A stretch of DNA of 61,154 nt, filler included, from Ionaspis alba (lineage: Eukaryota), in NCBI GenBank assembly GCA_964255285.1. It is 3 parts of 3 records of this genome, joined end to end, with 100 filler letters (N's around TTAATTAATTAA, not from the genome) between each part and the next. Parts side by side here need not be neighbours in the genome. Positions count along the whole stretch, not along the records: positions 20,426 to 40,740 come from CAXUUL010000248.1; 2 more parts are not named here. One strand, given 5' to 3'. The notes beneath the pieces are model-generated. The model was not told the origin of the DNA. It searched no databases and saw nothing but the letters and a program-made list of their open reading frames with translations. Position numbers and translations under genes: made by a program. Shown here in pieces: positions 25,109 through 38,276 of the stretch. The first letter of the stretch is position 1. Each line of letters opens with the position of its first letter.

Positions 25109-27918
25109 CCTGACGGAGGGTCAGGGCGATCTGGACAAGACTCTGTCAAGAGGCTCGTGGTGTGGCTGATTTTGACAGTCAGGAGTTGGCGAAGATGGTG
25201 TTGGCTTGCCTTAGACTTGGTGATGATCGGTGACAGAATCTGTTTGTTTTTTGGACGCAGTTAGGCAATGATAGACCAGGTGCCTGAGAAGTCTAATAGG
25301 CGGGAGCGCTAAGGAAAGGTGGGATGCGATGATCTCCTGTTGCTCCTCCACGGCACGATTATCGGATTCCAGGAATTTTATCAAACTCGTGTTTCCCCAA
25401 CTTCTTTACGGTCTGGGATGGGATGCCTCTGTCCGCACAAGCACCGATTTGCCGTTGAGATCCTCTTGGAGACGCTGGAAAAACTGTTTGGATAGTTGAA
25501 CGGTCCTCGTTGTTTGCTGGATCCTGTGCTGACCTTCCTTCTCTCCTCCGCCTTGTTTTTAGGGCCCCTTGTACCGACGTCATGTTTTGGTGATTGGCTC
25601 TGCAATTCCCTCAGGATGTAACCTTGGTATTCTGGGAGTGATTCTGCACTCGACCCAGTTCGTCGACCCTAATAAAGGTATGTCTACATCCAGACTAACG
25701 TGGAGGAGAGTTATCACAATAATCTAATATCGCCTACCTTCCATTCCTTTCTCTTCTATCCTGCGAGATGAGGCTGCTAAATTCTGAGCAAATCCATTTG
25801 CGACCCTGGATCGTGGAAAGATGCTTAACTGGTGTCTGTCGCTTTCGTCATGCATTGAATTTCAACTCAATCCGAAGTAGTGGAAAATCTTATTCTCTGT
25901 GTTGTCTCGTTGGTGAAACTGACCAGCGTTGCCTGCCAGTTAGTTATTGTACCCGGAAGCCGGCTCTATTACTGAAGATATCACACTATTGATACTGTTC
26001 AAATTGGCTGGAGGAAGTGCGCAATTGATGAGGTTCTTCAGATACGGATCTTCATTGATGGAGATACACCTCATACGTGAACTCTTTACTGCAGCACAGA
26101 ATGCTGTCAAAGTGATGTAGGTTATACAAATGCGCTAGCCAACGGAGGATGGGTGATCGAGAAGGTACGTTGGTGAATACAGTCATCAGCAAGATCCGAT
26201 ATGCCCGTGGGAATCAAGTGGGTTTCCACCTCGCTATACTGCCTCAAAGTATTGGTCGGCGAGGAGCATTTATATTATAGAGCGTATTGTTATCTAAACA
26301 ATCAGCGGACTCGCAGCCTCGTCGAAAGGACATCGTAATTGTCTGAGGTACACGAGAAAGAGTGTGAACGAATGAAAACACCTCGATTCGATCATGCTTT
26401 GCTACAAAATAAAGAGGACAGGAAGTAACAAAGGGTATGGTATACGAGGGATGTCTTGCGATGAGAACCAGTCATCCTGGACAGCATCTGGTTTTTGTAT
26501 AGAAGGTAATGGATATTCACAATGACACTAGTGTCTACAACGGAGTAGCACCAATAGTATGCTTAGTTTGATACATTTATCCTGAAATGGGTTGGTCCGG
26601 GAAAGGAGGGCGAGGCTGCGAGCAACCGGTCGATGTCCGGGGGAATTAGGAGGTTCTCAGGGGATCTTGGGACCTTGTTGGCCCTAAAGGAATGCTGCTC
26701 GCACTTTACTCCAGTTGGTTGGGAGCGGGGGAAGCCCTCGCTCGGCCTTGTGGTACCATTATTGTCCCTATTCCCTACTATTCCCTAACAATAATGATCA
26801 CGCCCGCTCTGTGCTTCAAGTACTCAAACCGTTTTGCTGTGCTTCTTTGCTCTGCTGCTCTTTCTGCATTGCCACTAAAATTCCCCCTCCCGCCACTGTT
26901 CCATTCTCCATCAGTACAGCTCGACTAAGATACAATCCTGCGACACAGTCGCAGCTGGATTGCTTGACGTCCACTGCCATACATCGGGACGAGTCTCCCC
27001 GACGCTTTGAGCTGATAGGATCAAGGGTGAAAACGTAACGATAGCTCAGCGTGCACAGACACGATCCGTCGGAGTAGAAGGGGTGAGGCGGTCGCGTGGG
27101 AATTCCAGGGTCGGATCTGTCTGCATCGTCGAGATTCTAATTCACGCATCCGCTTCCAGACAACAACCAGTCTCGAGACTCCCCACGACTCGCTTTTGCC
27201 CACTCCTCGGTCCGCTCACCAACCTCGTCCTAGCTGCGATTCGGTTGACCACGCATATATCGCTACCGCGCCGATAACCCTCGATCGTTACTTACCCTGC
27301 CTACCTACCTATCTGTTTCCAGTGACGCAGTGCTGAGTCAGTGAGACCTCACCTCCCCCATTCCACACGGCCCTCAGTGCCGGTCTCTCTCTGCATCGCT
27401 ATCTGCACGAGCTTCGAGTGCTTCCTGCAAGCACGCCTCCGGGAACGACCCTGACGCCCCATCGTATCGACTGGCTCGAGTGTGCCACTACACCTCTCGA
27501 CTCCGACCTCCTTTGCTCATTCCTCCCATTCTCGTCATAAGGCGCAGAACAGTGGCCCCCATCGCTCCATCTGAATCGTTGCCACCAATTGTCGAATCTG
27601 ACTCAATTGCGTATGGCTTTTCGCCCGCGCTGTCTTATCGCTCTATAGGTGCACTTTGCAACGGCTGAGCTGCGATGAGCACAGACCTGGCCAAACCTTT
27701 ATTTCTGCCAGTGTCGCTGAGACTCTCCCAAGGAACGGAGCGCCATTGATCTCTCCATCGTCCGAAGTCGAAGACAGTCCAGTGGTCCTTACGGACATAT
27801 CGTCAGTGGGAAAGGGCTTTGGGCAATCCAAGAGTTGTAGGAATCGAGTTGACGGAGCAAGCAAGAGGAGGTTGGGGAGGATAAATAGCTCGGCAGACCA
27901 GCTTGGAAGGCTGTGGAC

Positions 27919-29258
27919 ATGGGTGCCTGTATGAGCTCGGAAAGTGCGGAGGACGTGGAGAAGAAGAAGAGGAGCAGAGCGATAGATGCGAAGCTCGAGG
28001 AAGACTCGAGACGATTACGAAAAGAGTGCAAGATATTACTTCTCGGTACACATTAGCGACCACTTGACGCTTGATCCAATACTGACCGTGATACCAGGGT
28101 CGGGTGAGAGCGGTAAGTCGACAATCGTTAAGCAGATGAAGATTATCCACCAAAACGGATACACTCGCGAAGAGCTCTCTCTATATCGATTGACCATCTA
28201 CAAAAATGTCCTGGATTGCGCAAAAGCATTGATCGGGGCTATGAGACAGTTCGAGATTGAGCCAACGGACCCCCAGAACGAGGGTTTCTCGGAATTCTTG
28301 TTGGAATATCAGGTCGACCCAGACCCTCATAAATTGTTGGATCCACAAGTCGGACAAGCTGTGGCATCGTTATGGAAGGATCCCAGTATCGCACGGGTCA
28401 TGGATCATCAAAGCGAGTTCTATCTGATGGACTCTGCGCCGTAGTACGTTGTCCCCGCATCGATAGTGCATGATAATCCGCTAATCCTGGGCAGTTTCTT
28501 TGACGAAGTGCTCCGCATCACTGCACCAGAGTATATCCCCACTGAGGCAGACGTGCTCCGAGCTCGAACAAAAACGACTGGAATATACGAGACAAGATTC
28601 ACAATGGGTCAATTGAGTATACAGTAGGCATGGCGGCTGTTTATACGAGAGATTCGTACTGATTCGAAATTGCAGTATGTTCGACGTTGGTGGACAACGA
28701 AGTGAGCGGAAAAAGTGGATCCATTGCTTCGAGAATGTCACGTCCATTATCTTCTGCGTGGCGCTGAGTGAATACGATCAAGTGCTACTTGAAGAAAGCA
28801 ACCAGGTATGGAGTGGAGCGCGTGCATTTGATATCTAGTCATCACTCACGTCACCGGTAGAACCGTATGATGGAAAGTCTCGTACTTTTTGATTCCGTGG
28901 TCAATTCGCGCTGGTTCTCGCGAACTAGCATTATCCTCTTCCTTAACAAAGTCGACCTGTTCAAAGGAAAACTAGGTCGATCACCTCTTGGGAATTACTT
29001 TCCTGACTACTCCGGCGGAAATGACGTGAATAGGGCAGCCAAGTATCTTCTCTGGCGGTTCAATCAGGTCAACAGAGCACACTTGAATTTATATCCTCAG
29101 TAAGCCTCGTTTCTCCCCATGTAATATTGCCTTTCGTGCAACTAACCCATCCTCTTAGCCTTACGCAGGCCACCGACACATCCAATATTCGCCTCGTCTT
29201 CGCCGCAGTCAAGGACACTATTTTGCACAATGCACTGGCGGAGTCCGGGATCCTGTGA
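27919..29258 (+). CDS. ganB: Heterotrimeric G protein alpha subunit, group III (GanB/GpaB/GNA-3 type)
   Basis: MGACMS myristoylation start, [31 protein letters not shown] and TQATDT, joined across short introns. Confidence 0.93.
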
Positions 29259-30225
29259 CAATGACCGGACGGTTCTGTGAACTACGGTGGCAGCCTTTCA
29301 TCGCTTTGTGTATAGCTGAAGTGTAATTGTAAGCTCGGAGGTTCCCAGGACCTAGTTGGTGCAGGATACTCCTCACTGTGGAACAGCAATCTACGGTAAT
29401 GGCATGGCGTTTTCAACTTGGATGATGTCAACAGGAGGTTGCTCTGTTTTGATTCTTCTCCCTTTTCTTTTTTCTTCTTCTTGGAATATGGCTCGGGGCA
29501 GATGAGGGGATAGGAAAAGTTTCTGCGCAATGTTTGATTTCGAGGTATTCCTACACCACAGTTGTGGATCCATGAGCCTGCCAGCTCTCAGCATGTCCCG
29601 AATAGTCGTCCTTACTCACTGCTCGGTAATGCAGACCTGCTGGTCTTTCGATGCCGACAATCCTTCATTAGCCATTAGCTCTTCTGTTGACGGGAACAGG
29701 GGACGCTGGGAGACAATTGGTCTCAGGATCTGAGTTCTGTGGGCTCTATAAATTTTGGCTGGCAGAAGCGAGATCGGCTTTGCGCAACGCTTGGCTCCGT
29801 CGTACACTTGGGCGATATGAGATCTCACTGCCCCCATGGGGATTTTGTTCTATATGCGCAATGCAGTTGTGGCGCCCTGATTCCCAGTGTCTCCTACTGG
29901 TGTCAGATGGTGAAGTTTGTTATTCTTCAAATGTGGTAACGAACGAATCAAGAGCTTTCGTGTCTATACCCGAATTGGTGCTATCATAACTTACCCAGCA
30001 AGTGCACACATGGGTAGGCCAGATTGGGAATTGACTCCTGGTTATTGCAGAGCTTAAGGCCTCCAACCATCCGTTTCAAATATACAACGATAACCCGAAG
30101 AAGTAAAAATGGTATAAGCCACATTCAATGAACCTTGGTAGGGAGATTTGACCTCTTTTCCCGTGCTGTTGGAGTTTATATCTGATTCCCCGTGCCGTAA
30201 GAATATGTGATACGTGCGCTTTCGG

Positions 30226-30742
30226 CTGGAGCTTGTCGCAGTTGGTGGTGTGGGGTGAGAGTGGGGTGAAGTCCTCGAGTCTGGCTAACTTTGACCCCGC
30301 CATTCATTGGTCGAGTGATTGTGGACATAAATATGCCCAGATTTCCCTTAATTGATTTTTCAATCAGTGAGATGATACAGGCATACCTGAATGCCTCCTT
30401 GACCATCACTATCGCTGAGATGTGCGGCTGTGGTCCTCTGCACCATCTCCACCAGAACCATGTGCCAACTTTCCCGCTCAGGATCTTGTTGCCGCTTAGC
30501 TGGAACCAACATCGACGATAACTATGACTTAGTGGTGTTTTGTGACCTCCAGGATCAGCCCCGCAAGCTGTGGGAGCCAGATCCCCCCCGGGGCATTCAA
30601 GGGAAGCTCCTCCAGCAGCTCAATAACGACTACCTGTTTGCTTCCCCTGGAGCAAGCTGGCCTCAAGGCCGAGCTCCTCCAAAAGGCCGCGAGGATCCTC
30701 CCCCAAGTCGCTCAAAAAGCTAATCCATAGCTCTCGCCCCGC
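30226..30742. promoter_or_regulatory. Cluster of CreA/Mig1 consensus (SYGGRG) sites and one STRE upstream of glycogen phosphorylase
   Basis: CTGGAG at 30226, GTGGGG at 30250 and 30261, CCCCGC at 30295, 30559 and 30737, and CCCCT at 30644. These motifs are short, so function is inferred only. Confidence 0.4.
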
Positions 30743-30926
30743 CTCGCTCGGATCTCAACGTTTTTCTTTGTGTGCTGCAATAATCATCTACACCGCATCG
30801 TCCTCCTACAGCTTTCGAACCTTCACATTCTTCCCAATCAACCTCAATCATTTCAGATATTCTTTTTCCGTTCTGTCTCTCTTGGTGCTCAAGCTAGACG
30901 GCATAGATTGAGAAGGTTTGGGCGTC

Positions 30927-33900
30927 ATGGCTACTAAAGTCCGCGAACGCAAGCCTTCCACCAGCGCCCCCATCACAGATCTCAAAGGGCCTGTTGGTCC
31001 CAGCTTCTCCAAACCCAGGCACAGGCGGACAGCTACCGGCTTCGGTCCCAAAGAAATCAAAAGTGTAGAAGCTGCAATTCCCGAAGGCCAGAGAGAGGCG
31101 TAAGTGCCAGATTCCCTCAATTATCTTTTCTCCTGCTTGCGGACCGTCTCAACAACCTGACCCCCAACACCAGCCCGTTCGGTCACGAACAAGCTCTTAT
31201 GCATAATTGTGCTTTGAAGTCATGTCATTTATTACTGCCTGAGCTGTTGCTAATATCTTGCAGATGGAGAAAATTTGTTAGTGGCCCCAACGCATATGCT
31301 CCGAAAAAGTCCAATTGAGCCTCTGTAAAAGAATCTGACAACGTGCAACAGTCTGCCAAAGGCTTCACAACCAAGGAGGAGTTCGAGGTCAGAATATCTA
31401 CAACCACGAGTTGGGCTGAAGCTGACCCCATAATCAGTCCGAGACTGTACGCCACATCGAGACTACACTCGCTCGGTCCCTCTTCAACTGTGACGAGCTG
31501 TGAGCCTAGACTCTACTCCTTGGTTCAACTCATCTTTCCTGACACCTGTGCCGTTAGTGCGGCCTATTCCGGAGCTTCCCTCGCTTTCCGGGACCGATTG
31601 GTAATAGAATGGAACAAAACACAACAGCGTCAGACTTTTGCCGATCAGAAGCGTGTCTACTGTGGGTAGCAATCTGTACGCTGGCTCAGCGGATCACTAA
31701 TTGGAGACCACAGATCTCTCACTCGAGTTCTTGATGGGCAGGGCTCTAGACAATGCCATGCTCAACGTTGGATTGAAGGACGTTGCCAAAGGTGGGGTGT
31801 TGCTAGGTTGGCTTACTATGAATGCTAACGACCTGCACTCTAGCCGGTCTGGCCGATCTTGGCTTTCGAACTGAGGATGTAATCACCCAGGAGCACGACG
31901 CCGCTCTCGGCAATGGTGGCCTCGGGCGTCTTGCTGCTTGTTTCCTCGACAGTCTAGCTTCCCTGAATTATCCGGCTTGGGGATACGGTCTCCGCTATCG
32001 CTATGGTATCTTCAAGCAGGAAATTGTGGACGGCTATCAAGTAGAAATCCCTGACTACTGGTTGGACTTCAATCCGTGGGAATTCCCCCGTCACGACATA
32101 ACGGTCGACATTCAATTTTATGGCCACGTCAACCGATATACGTAAGCTACTTTACTCCGAATCTGCAACAGATGGTCACTCACAAATCCTTAGCGACGAT
32201 GACGGGAAGAGTATGATGGTTTGGGAGGGAGGTGAAGTGGTTGATGCCGTCGCTTATGATGTTCCGATTCCTGGTTATGCGACACCCACCACCAACAATC
32301 TTCGTCTCTGGTCGAGCAAGGCGGCTAAAGGGGAGTTTGACTTTCAAAAGTTCAATTCTGGCGAGTACGAGAGCTCTGTCGCGGACCAGCAGAGAGCTGA
32401 AACCATCTCTGCCGTGTTGTATCCCAACGACAGCTTGGAACGTGGAAAGGAGCTCCGCTTGAAGCAGCAGTACTTCTGGTGCGCTGCATCTCTATATGAT
32501 ATCGTCCGGCGATTTAAGAAGACGCAAAGAGCATGGTCGAGCTTCCCAGATCAGGTCGCTATCCAGTTGAATGATACTCATCCGACCTTGGCTATTGTCG
32601 AGTTGCAGCGAATTCTGGTTGATCTCGAGGGCCTCGGGTGGGAAGAAGCCTGGAGCATTGTCACTAATACCTTTGGCTACACCAACCATACTGTTCTACC
32701 AGAGGCTCTTGAGAAGTGGTCGGTGCCGCTGGTCCAGAACCTACTTCCTCGCCATCTTCAGATTATCTACGAGGTCAATATGCGATTCTTGCAGTCCGTC
32801 GAGAAGAAGTTTCCCAAGGATTACGAAATGCTTTCGAGAGTATCGATTATTGAGGAATCACAACCGAAAATGGTCCGTATGGCATATTTGGCTATCATCG
32901 GTTCCCACAAAGTCAACGGGGTGGCAGAACTACACTCTGACTTGATCAAAACCACGATCTTCAAGGACTTTGTCAAGATCTATGGTCCTGACAAATTCAC
33001 CAATGTCACGAACGGAATTACTCCTCGCCGTTGGTTGCATCAGGCGAATCCCCGACTGTCAGATTTGATTGCTTCAAAAGTCGGGGGCGACGAGTTCCTG
33101 AAAGATCTGACACTGTTGAACAAATTGGAACACTACGTTGACAACAAAGATTTCAAGAAGGAATGGCAGGAAATCAAATTCGCCAACAAAGTGCGTTTAG
33201 CCGAACACATAAAGGAGGCGACGGGAGTCAAAGTCAATCCCAAAGCTCTTTTCGACATTCAGGTCAAGCGTATACACGAGTACAAGAGACAGCAACTCAA
33301 CATCTTCGGTGTCATCCATCGTTACCTCACCATCAAGGCTATGAGTGCAGAGGAACGCAAGAAGCTGGCTCCTCGTGTGTCGATTTTCGGCGGCAAGGCG
33401 GCTCCTGGGTACTGGATGGCCAAGACCATAATTCACCTAGTCAACAGTGTCGGTAAGGTCGTCAACAACGACAAGGATGTTGGCGATCTCCTGAAAGTCA
33501 TCTTCTTGGAGGACTACAACGTGAGCAAGGCCGAAATCATCTGCCCTGCTTCGGACATCAGCGAGCACATATCTACTGCTGGTACCGAAGCCAGCGGTAC
33601 CAGCAACATGAAGTTTGTGCTTAACGGTGGATTGATCATTGGTACCTGTGATGGCGCAAACGTACGCCCATATCCCTTTTCCTTTTTCCTGTGTGCATTT
33701 TACTGTTGACTAACATCCTTTAGATCGAAATCACCCGCGAGATTGGGGATTCCAACATTTTTCTCTTTGGAAACCTCGCCGAAGACGTCGAGGATCTTCG
33801 CCACGCCCATAACTACGGCTCTCACACTATCGACCCCGATCTCCAAAAGGTCTTCGAAGCTATTCAAGCAAATACCTTTGGTGACGCCAATCAATTCTCA

Positions 33901-34131
33901 GCTCTAGTCGGCGCTATCACCGATCATGGCGATTACTACCTTGTCAGTGATGACTTCAATAGCTATATCAAGACGCATGCACTCGTCGACGAGGCATACA
34001 AGGATCAGGATGCATGGATAAGCAAGTGTATCACCAGTGTCAGCCGAATGGGCTTCTTCAGTAGTGATCGGTGTATCATGGAATATGCTGATAGCATATG
34101 GAACGTGGAGCCGTTGCCACCCAAGGCATGA
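30927..34131 (+). CDS. GPH1: Glycogen phosphorylase, multi-exon
   Basis: HRRTATG regulatory motif, [37 protein letters not shown], the PLP-binding motif [10 protein letters not shown] and FSSDR. Confidence 0.98.
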
Positions 34132-35069
34132 TTTGTTGGAAGGGTACATGGTGAGCAGGCAGATGTAGGTTTTGGTGGCGGCATGGAAAAGTCTAGATTG
34201 TGATCACTGTCATCATGCTTTGCGGTAGTTCTGGCTAGTCAGTCTGACGCAATAAAGAGCTTCCAGAGAAAGATGGTCGTGTGGCTTTTGGGAGCGTTTT
34301 GTGTGGTGCCTGCTTCATTTGTGACATCGGCCCATTCTTCATATCATTCGAGGAATCAGCAAACCATTGCCTCGTCAGGCTCCTGTCATATTTAGAATAA
34401 GATTTCTCAGTGTCAAACATTATCACCGTCACTGAAGAAGAGATTAACCCTCTCGATCACCGAAGCCAGGCTATGACATTCAGCGAATCAAGGACGTAAC
34501 TTTAGGTCAGCGAGACTTCCCTTCCCGAATTTGTTGCAAATCGTCCCAAATCGACGTCACGCTACTACATATACAAAAATATTTCGTGTGTGCAATGTAG
34601 ACTACAGCTTCCACTGCTCATGCGGTGTTCATTGAACACCGTATCCGTCCCTCTCCACTCAACAGTCAAAGCTCTCAGTTTCCGAATACGATTCCATGTT
34701 TTTTGGCTTCCGCTTTGTTGTACGTCACCATTGAACAACACCAGTCTCAATGCTGCCATGATACCGCAGCTGCAAACCACCTGTGCATCTGTTTGGTCAC
34801 TGCTCGGGATGCAGGTTTTCAAGAAGGGCACATTCTGATCGTTATGTTCATAGCCTCCAATAATGCTTCAGGTAGGACTAGACTAAATGCGTTGATGAGT
34901 TGCCAGGCAAGACAGTCGCTACAGCGAAGTGTTTTGTATAGTAGCTGTTCCATACTCATAACGCCTCCGTGCTTCTAAGGCATCTAGTAGCTCTAGCATG
35001 CGTCTATGTTCCCTATCTAGTCTCTAGTAGGTGACTCACGTCGATAAATTAATCAGCTCAAGTCGTAGG

Positions 35070-36016
35070 CTAAAGCTGTGGGTGAGAGCTGCGGTCCGTA
35101 GTGCTCTCCTTGAAAAAACGAGGGAAAACAGTCCTCAATTCCTCGAGATTGCGAATCTGATACCTCGAGGCGGCTGTGCTTGGCTCTGGCTCATCGGGCT
35201 GGAGGAGATGTGCGGTAGTCCATCCTCGGGCTTGAGCTTCTTTGCAGTTCGCATATGAGTCATCTACGTAACACCATTAATGCTCTTACTCAAAACCGAT
35301 CCGATACTCGAGCGTGACATACCGACAAAGTAGCATTCCTCCACAGAAGTGATGTTAGCTTCGGCTTCGGCCTTGTCATACATCGCAGCGTGTGGTTTGC
35401 AGATGATCCTTGGCTGGCTGTAGTCGCAGTAGGTGATGCCTTCAAACATATCATCGATACCCAACAACCTCACGACTCGTTCGCCGTGCGTTACATGAGC
35501 GTTGGTGAATAGCCAAAGCTTGACCTTGCTCCTATCGATGTCTTCAAGTAGCTTCCTTAATTGCGGATCGGGTGTGATGAGGCCGTCCAAGGGGAGAGCA
35601 TCGTCGACCTTCCGGTTGTATTCTAAGGCATCGACTTTATGATGTCGTACTAAGCCTTCAATCGCAAGTCCGTAGTCCTGATAGTACTTCATGTGCAACA
35701 TTCTTGCATCATCATAGGAAAGAGAAAGATGATCGGTAAAGAACTGATCTGTGTGCACTTAGCTATGGCGAGACGTAGTGCTTGCATAAATATCTCCACC
35801 TATAAGGACCTGCATCAGCTCGAATACCCGTTTGCCTGTGGTGATCATCGTAAGTTAGACGACGATGACAACGAGATTGGCAATTGTGCCTACTCTTAGG
35901 GTAGAGCTGCTTAGGGGTCAGTACGGTCCACCACTGGCTCAAGAGAGTGATGCACTTACACAATTGTCGATGTCAAAGAATAAGACGGGTCTTCGATCAG
36001 ATGATGATTGAGCCAT
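35070..36016 (-). CDS. HAD-family pyrimidine 5'-nucleotidase (Sdt1/Phm8-like)
   Basis: FFDIDNCLY motif I (split by an intron), YGLAIEGL, LFTNA, CKP and FVDDS. Confidence 0.9.
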
Positions 36017-36329
36017 GGTGACGATGTACTTCCTGAGTCAGGAAAGAAAGTCTGATTAGATTAATTACTGAATTTATGTGAAAGTCTATGACGAATAAGT
36101 GAGAGGAGCCGGTGGGCTTTATACCACAGCTAGCATGGGAAGACCGCATCTCTGATAGTCTTTTCGACTTTTGTATAATCCCGATTGTACCAAAGCTACT
36201 ACACTGTGAGGTTTAAGCTCATCACGTGCACACAATATATATTCCTAGACGCCTACAAAGTATATAGATACTCCATACATGTGGCTAAAACGGCTTGCGA
36301 GTCTCATGTAGCGGCGCTATATAATCTGA

Positions 36330-37673
36330 TCACTTTGTAATCCTTTTCGATCGCCGCGTGGCTTGAACATCCTCTGTGGATCGGTCACTCTCGTTCCCAG
36401 AAGATGTGCCCAGGTTACTAGCTGCTGCTGGCGCGTGATGTTTCGCCGCTGGAACAAGCACAGAAAGGCGGGAAGCATCCGGAGCTGTAAGGGGGGTCAT
36501 CTGCGAGTCCCTTAAAGAGGATCCAACCTTGGACCTTTTCCGGCCTTCGTTGATGCTGCTGCTACTACTCCCGCGACGACTTCGCCAAGCTGTGGGCCGT
36601 TCCTCCATATCTAGATTGGATGGAGTGCTGCTCCGTGATGAATTGCGCGAATGAGACTCTGATCTTCTGACAGACAGCCTTTGCTTTGCGTCTTTCTCAG
36701 TGAAATGTCGAGGGTGAGTCTTCTCCAGGTCGTCCTCTCGCGACATGGGACGAATGGGTCGCCTCCAACCCCTCCATCCAGTCCACCAAAGCCATTTCCC
36801 TTGCTCTCTCGCCCTCTGCCGTGCTTGTTGTCTCAACCGCTGCAGAAGAATTGCGCGCCTTTCATTCTCCTTCTCCCAATATTCGCTTCTATACAACTCC
36901 CAATTCTCCCGGAAGTCCGGCGAGAAGGGCTTTGGAAGGAGTAGTAACTTGATATGATCGCCACCTGGGGCGAGATCCTCCTCGCGAATCCAGTCCTCAT
37001 GTCCCTGCTTAGCAATGTGATGACTCTCCCTTTCCAAGGAGGCATCCACATAGTGATAGGACGACCCTTGAGCCGCGAAAAACGATGAGTAGGGGAAGAG
37101 AAAAGCAAGATGATCGAAAATCTCCTTCCACCAGCGTCCCTTTAGGACCACAATCTTACAGTTCATTGTCCTCAGACCTCGATTGGTGACTCCGACGTAG
37201 CGTCGAGGCCACCTCACACCACGTTCCCACTGCCCAGTCCCCCAAACCAGAATTCCTGTAACAACGCCTCCCATGAGGGCAACCTTCTCCGTCATTTCCA
37301 CGACCCAGTAGACCGACCCTCCAATGCCACTGCCATCCTCTCGCGGATGGAGGAACAAAGCATAAAAGAAGTAAGCCACCCAAATGATGAGTAGCAGGAG
37401 AAAGAATGTATTTTGCCGGCGACGTGCTCGGAGAGTTAGGTATTGTGAACGTAACGACGCTTCGAGAATGAGTAGGTTCAGGTATATCTGGGGAGGCGAG
37501 GATGGGAGGCTTGCCAAAGGATCAGAGGTATGAGACCCGGTGGCTGCAGAGGTTCGAGCAGCCGCCTCATCAGAAAGTGGTGCTGGTGAAGGGGACCTCG
37601 AGGTGATGGAGGGAACTGAGGTGCCTGGAGGAGCAGCACCTTTAACAATCTGATCGAGCTTCGATCCAGACAT
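36330..37673 (-). CDS. SPO7: Nem1-Spo7 phosphatase regulatory subunit
   Basis: SPPQIYLNLLILEASLRSQY, two to three TM segments, NRGLR..N and KLLLLPKPFSPDFRENWELYRSEYW. Confidence 0.9.
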   Translation of the reverse strand: MSGSKLDQIVKGAAPPGTSVPSITSRSPSPAPLSDEAAARTSAATGSHTSDPLASLPSSPPQIYLNLLILEASLRSQYLTLRARRRQNTFFLLLLIIWVAYFFYALFLHPREDGSGIGGSVYWVVEMTEKVALMGGVVTGILVWGTGQWERGVRWPRRYVGVTNRGLRTMNCKIVVLKGRWWKEIFDHLAFLFPYSSFFAAQGSSYHYVDASLERESHHIAKQGHEDWIREEDLAPGGDHIKLLLLPKPFSPDFRENWELYRSEYWEKENERRAILLQRLRQQARQRAREQGKWLWWTGWRGWRRPIRPMSREDDLEKTHPRHFTEKDAKQRLSVRRSESHSRNSSRSSTPSNLDMEERPTAWRSRRGSSSSSINEGRKRSKVGSSLRDSQMTPLTAPDASRLSVLVPAAKHHAPAAASNLGTSSGNESDRSTEDVQATRRSKRITK

Positions 37674-38276
37674 CTCAGGTTACTAGGTTTGGATAGTATG
37701 TCATCGCATGGTTGAATGCAACCGGGGCACTCCGCCAAAACCTATCTTTCACTTGATGAGGAGCTCCTGGGCAAGGGAGATTTTGTGGCAGCGCAACATG
37801 TCTCGAATAAATGTTCCCATATTCAAGGAGACACTCACAGCACGAGAGTCGGCGGTGGAGTTCAGCCGAAGGACGGAGATAACAGAGACAACCCGCGAGT
37901 TGTCGTCATCCCTTCAACTGCTTGCCTCTCTCTTATTCTCATAAGGTAGTTACTGTCATTCCCGTCTGCTTTCACCTGTCTTCTCATATCCTGCATGCGA
38001 ACCGATCGTCTCCTTATAGTTGTACACTCCCTCCCTATACCTTTCCAGCAGCAACCCGCGAGCACAATCGCCGCGTCGTCGTCCCGTACACAACCCTTGT
38101 ACACTTCACGCCACTTGAAGGCACCCAATTTATACCACAACCTGACCACAACTCGCCGCGGGGCCATTTTGCAGCAAAGCTCATCGAAATTTATCGCTGA
38201 TAGGAATTGGCAATCGCTGTCCACACCATACATACATTATTCAAGCCTGCAAATCCTCAAGGCTAATCGCTCTACA

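Noticed and set aside
25109..27918. Short ORFs between HOG1 and the G-alpha gene
   Set aside because: They do not look like proteins. Long 5' regions are usual for these signalling genes.
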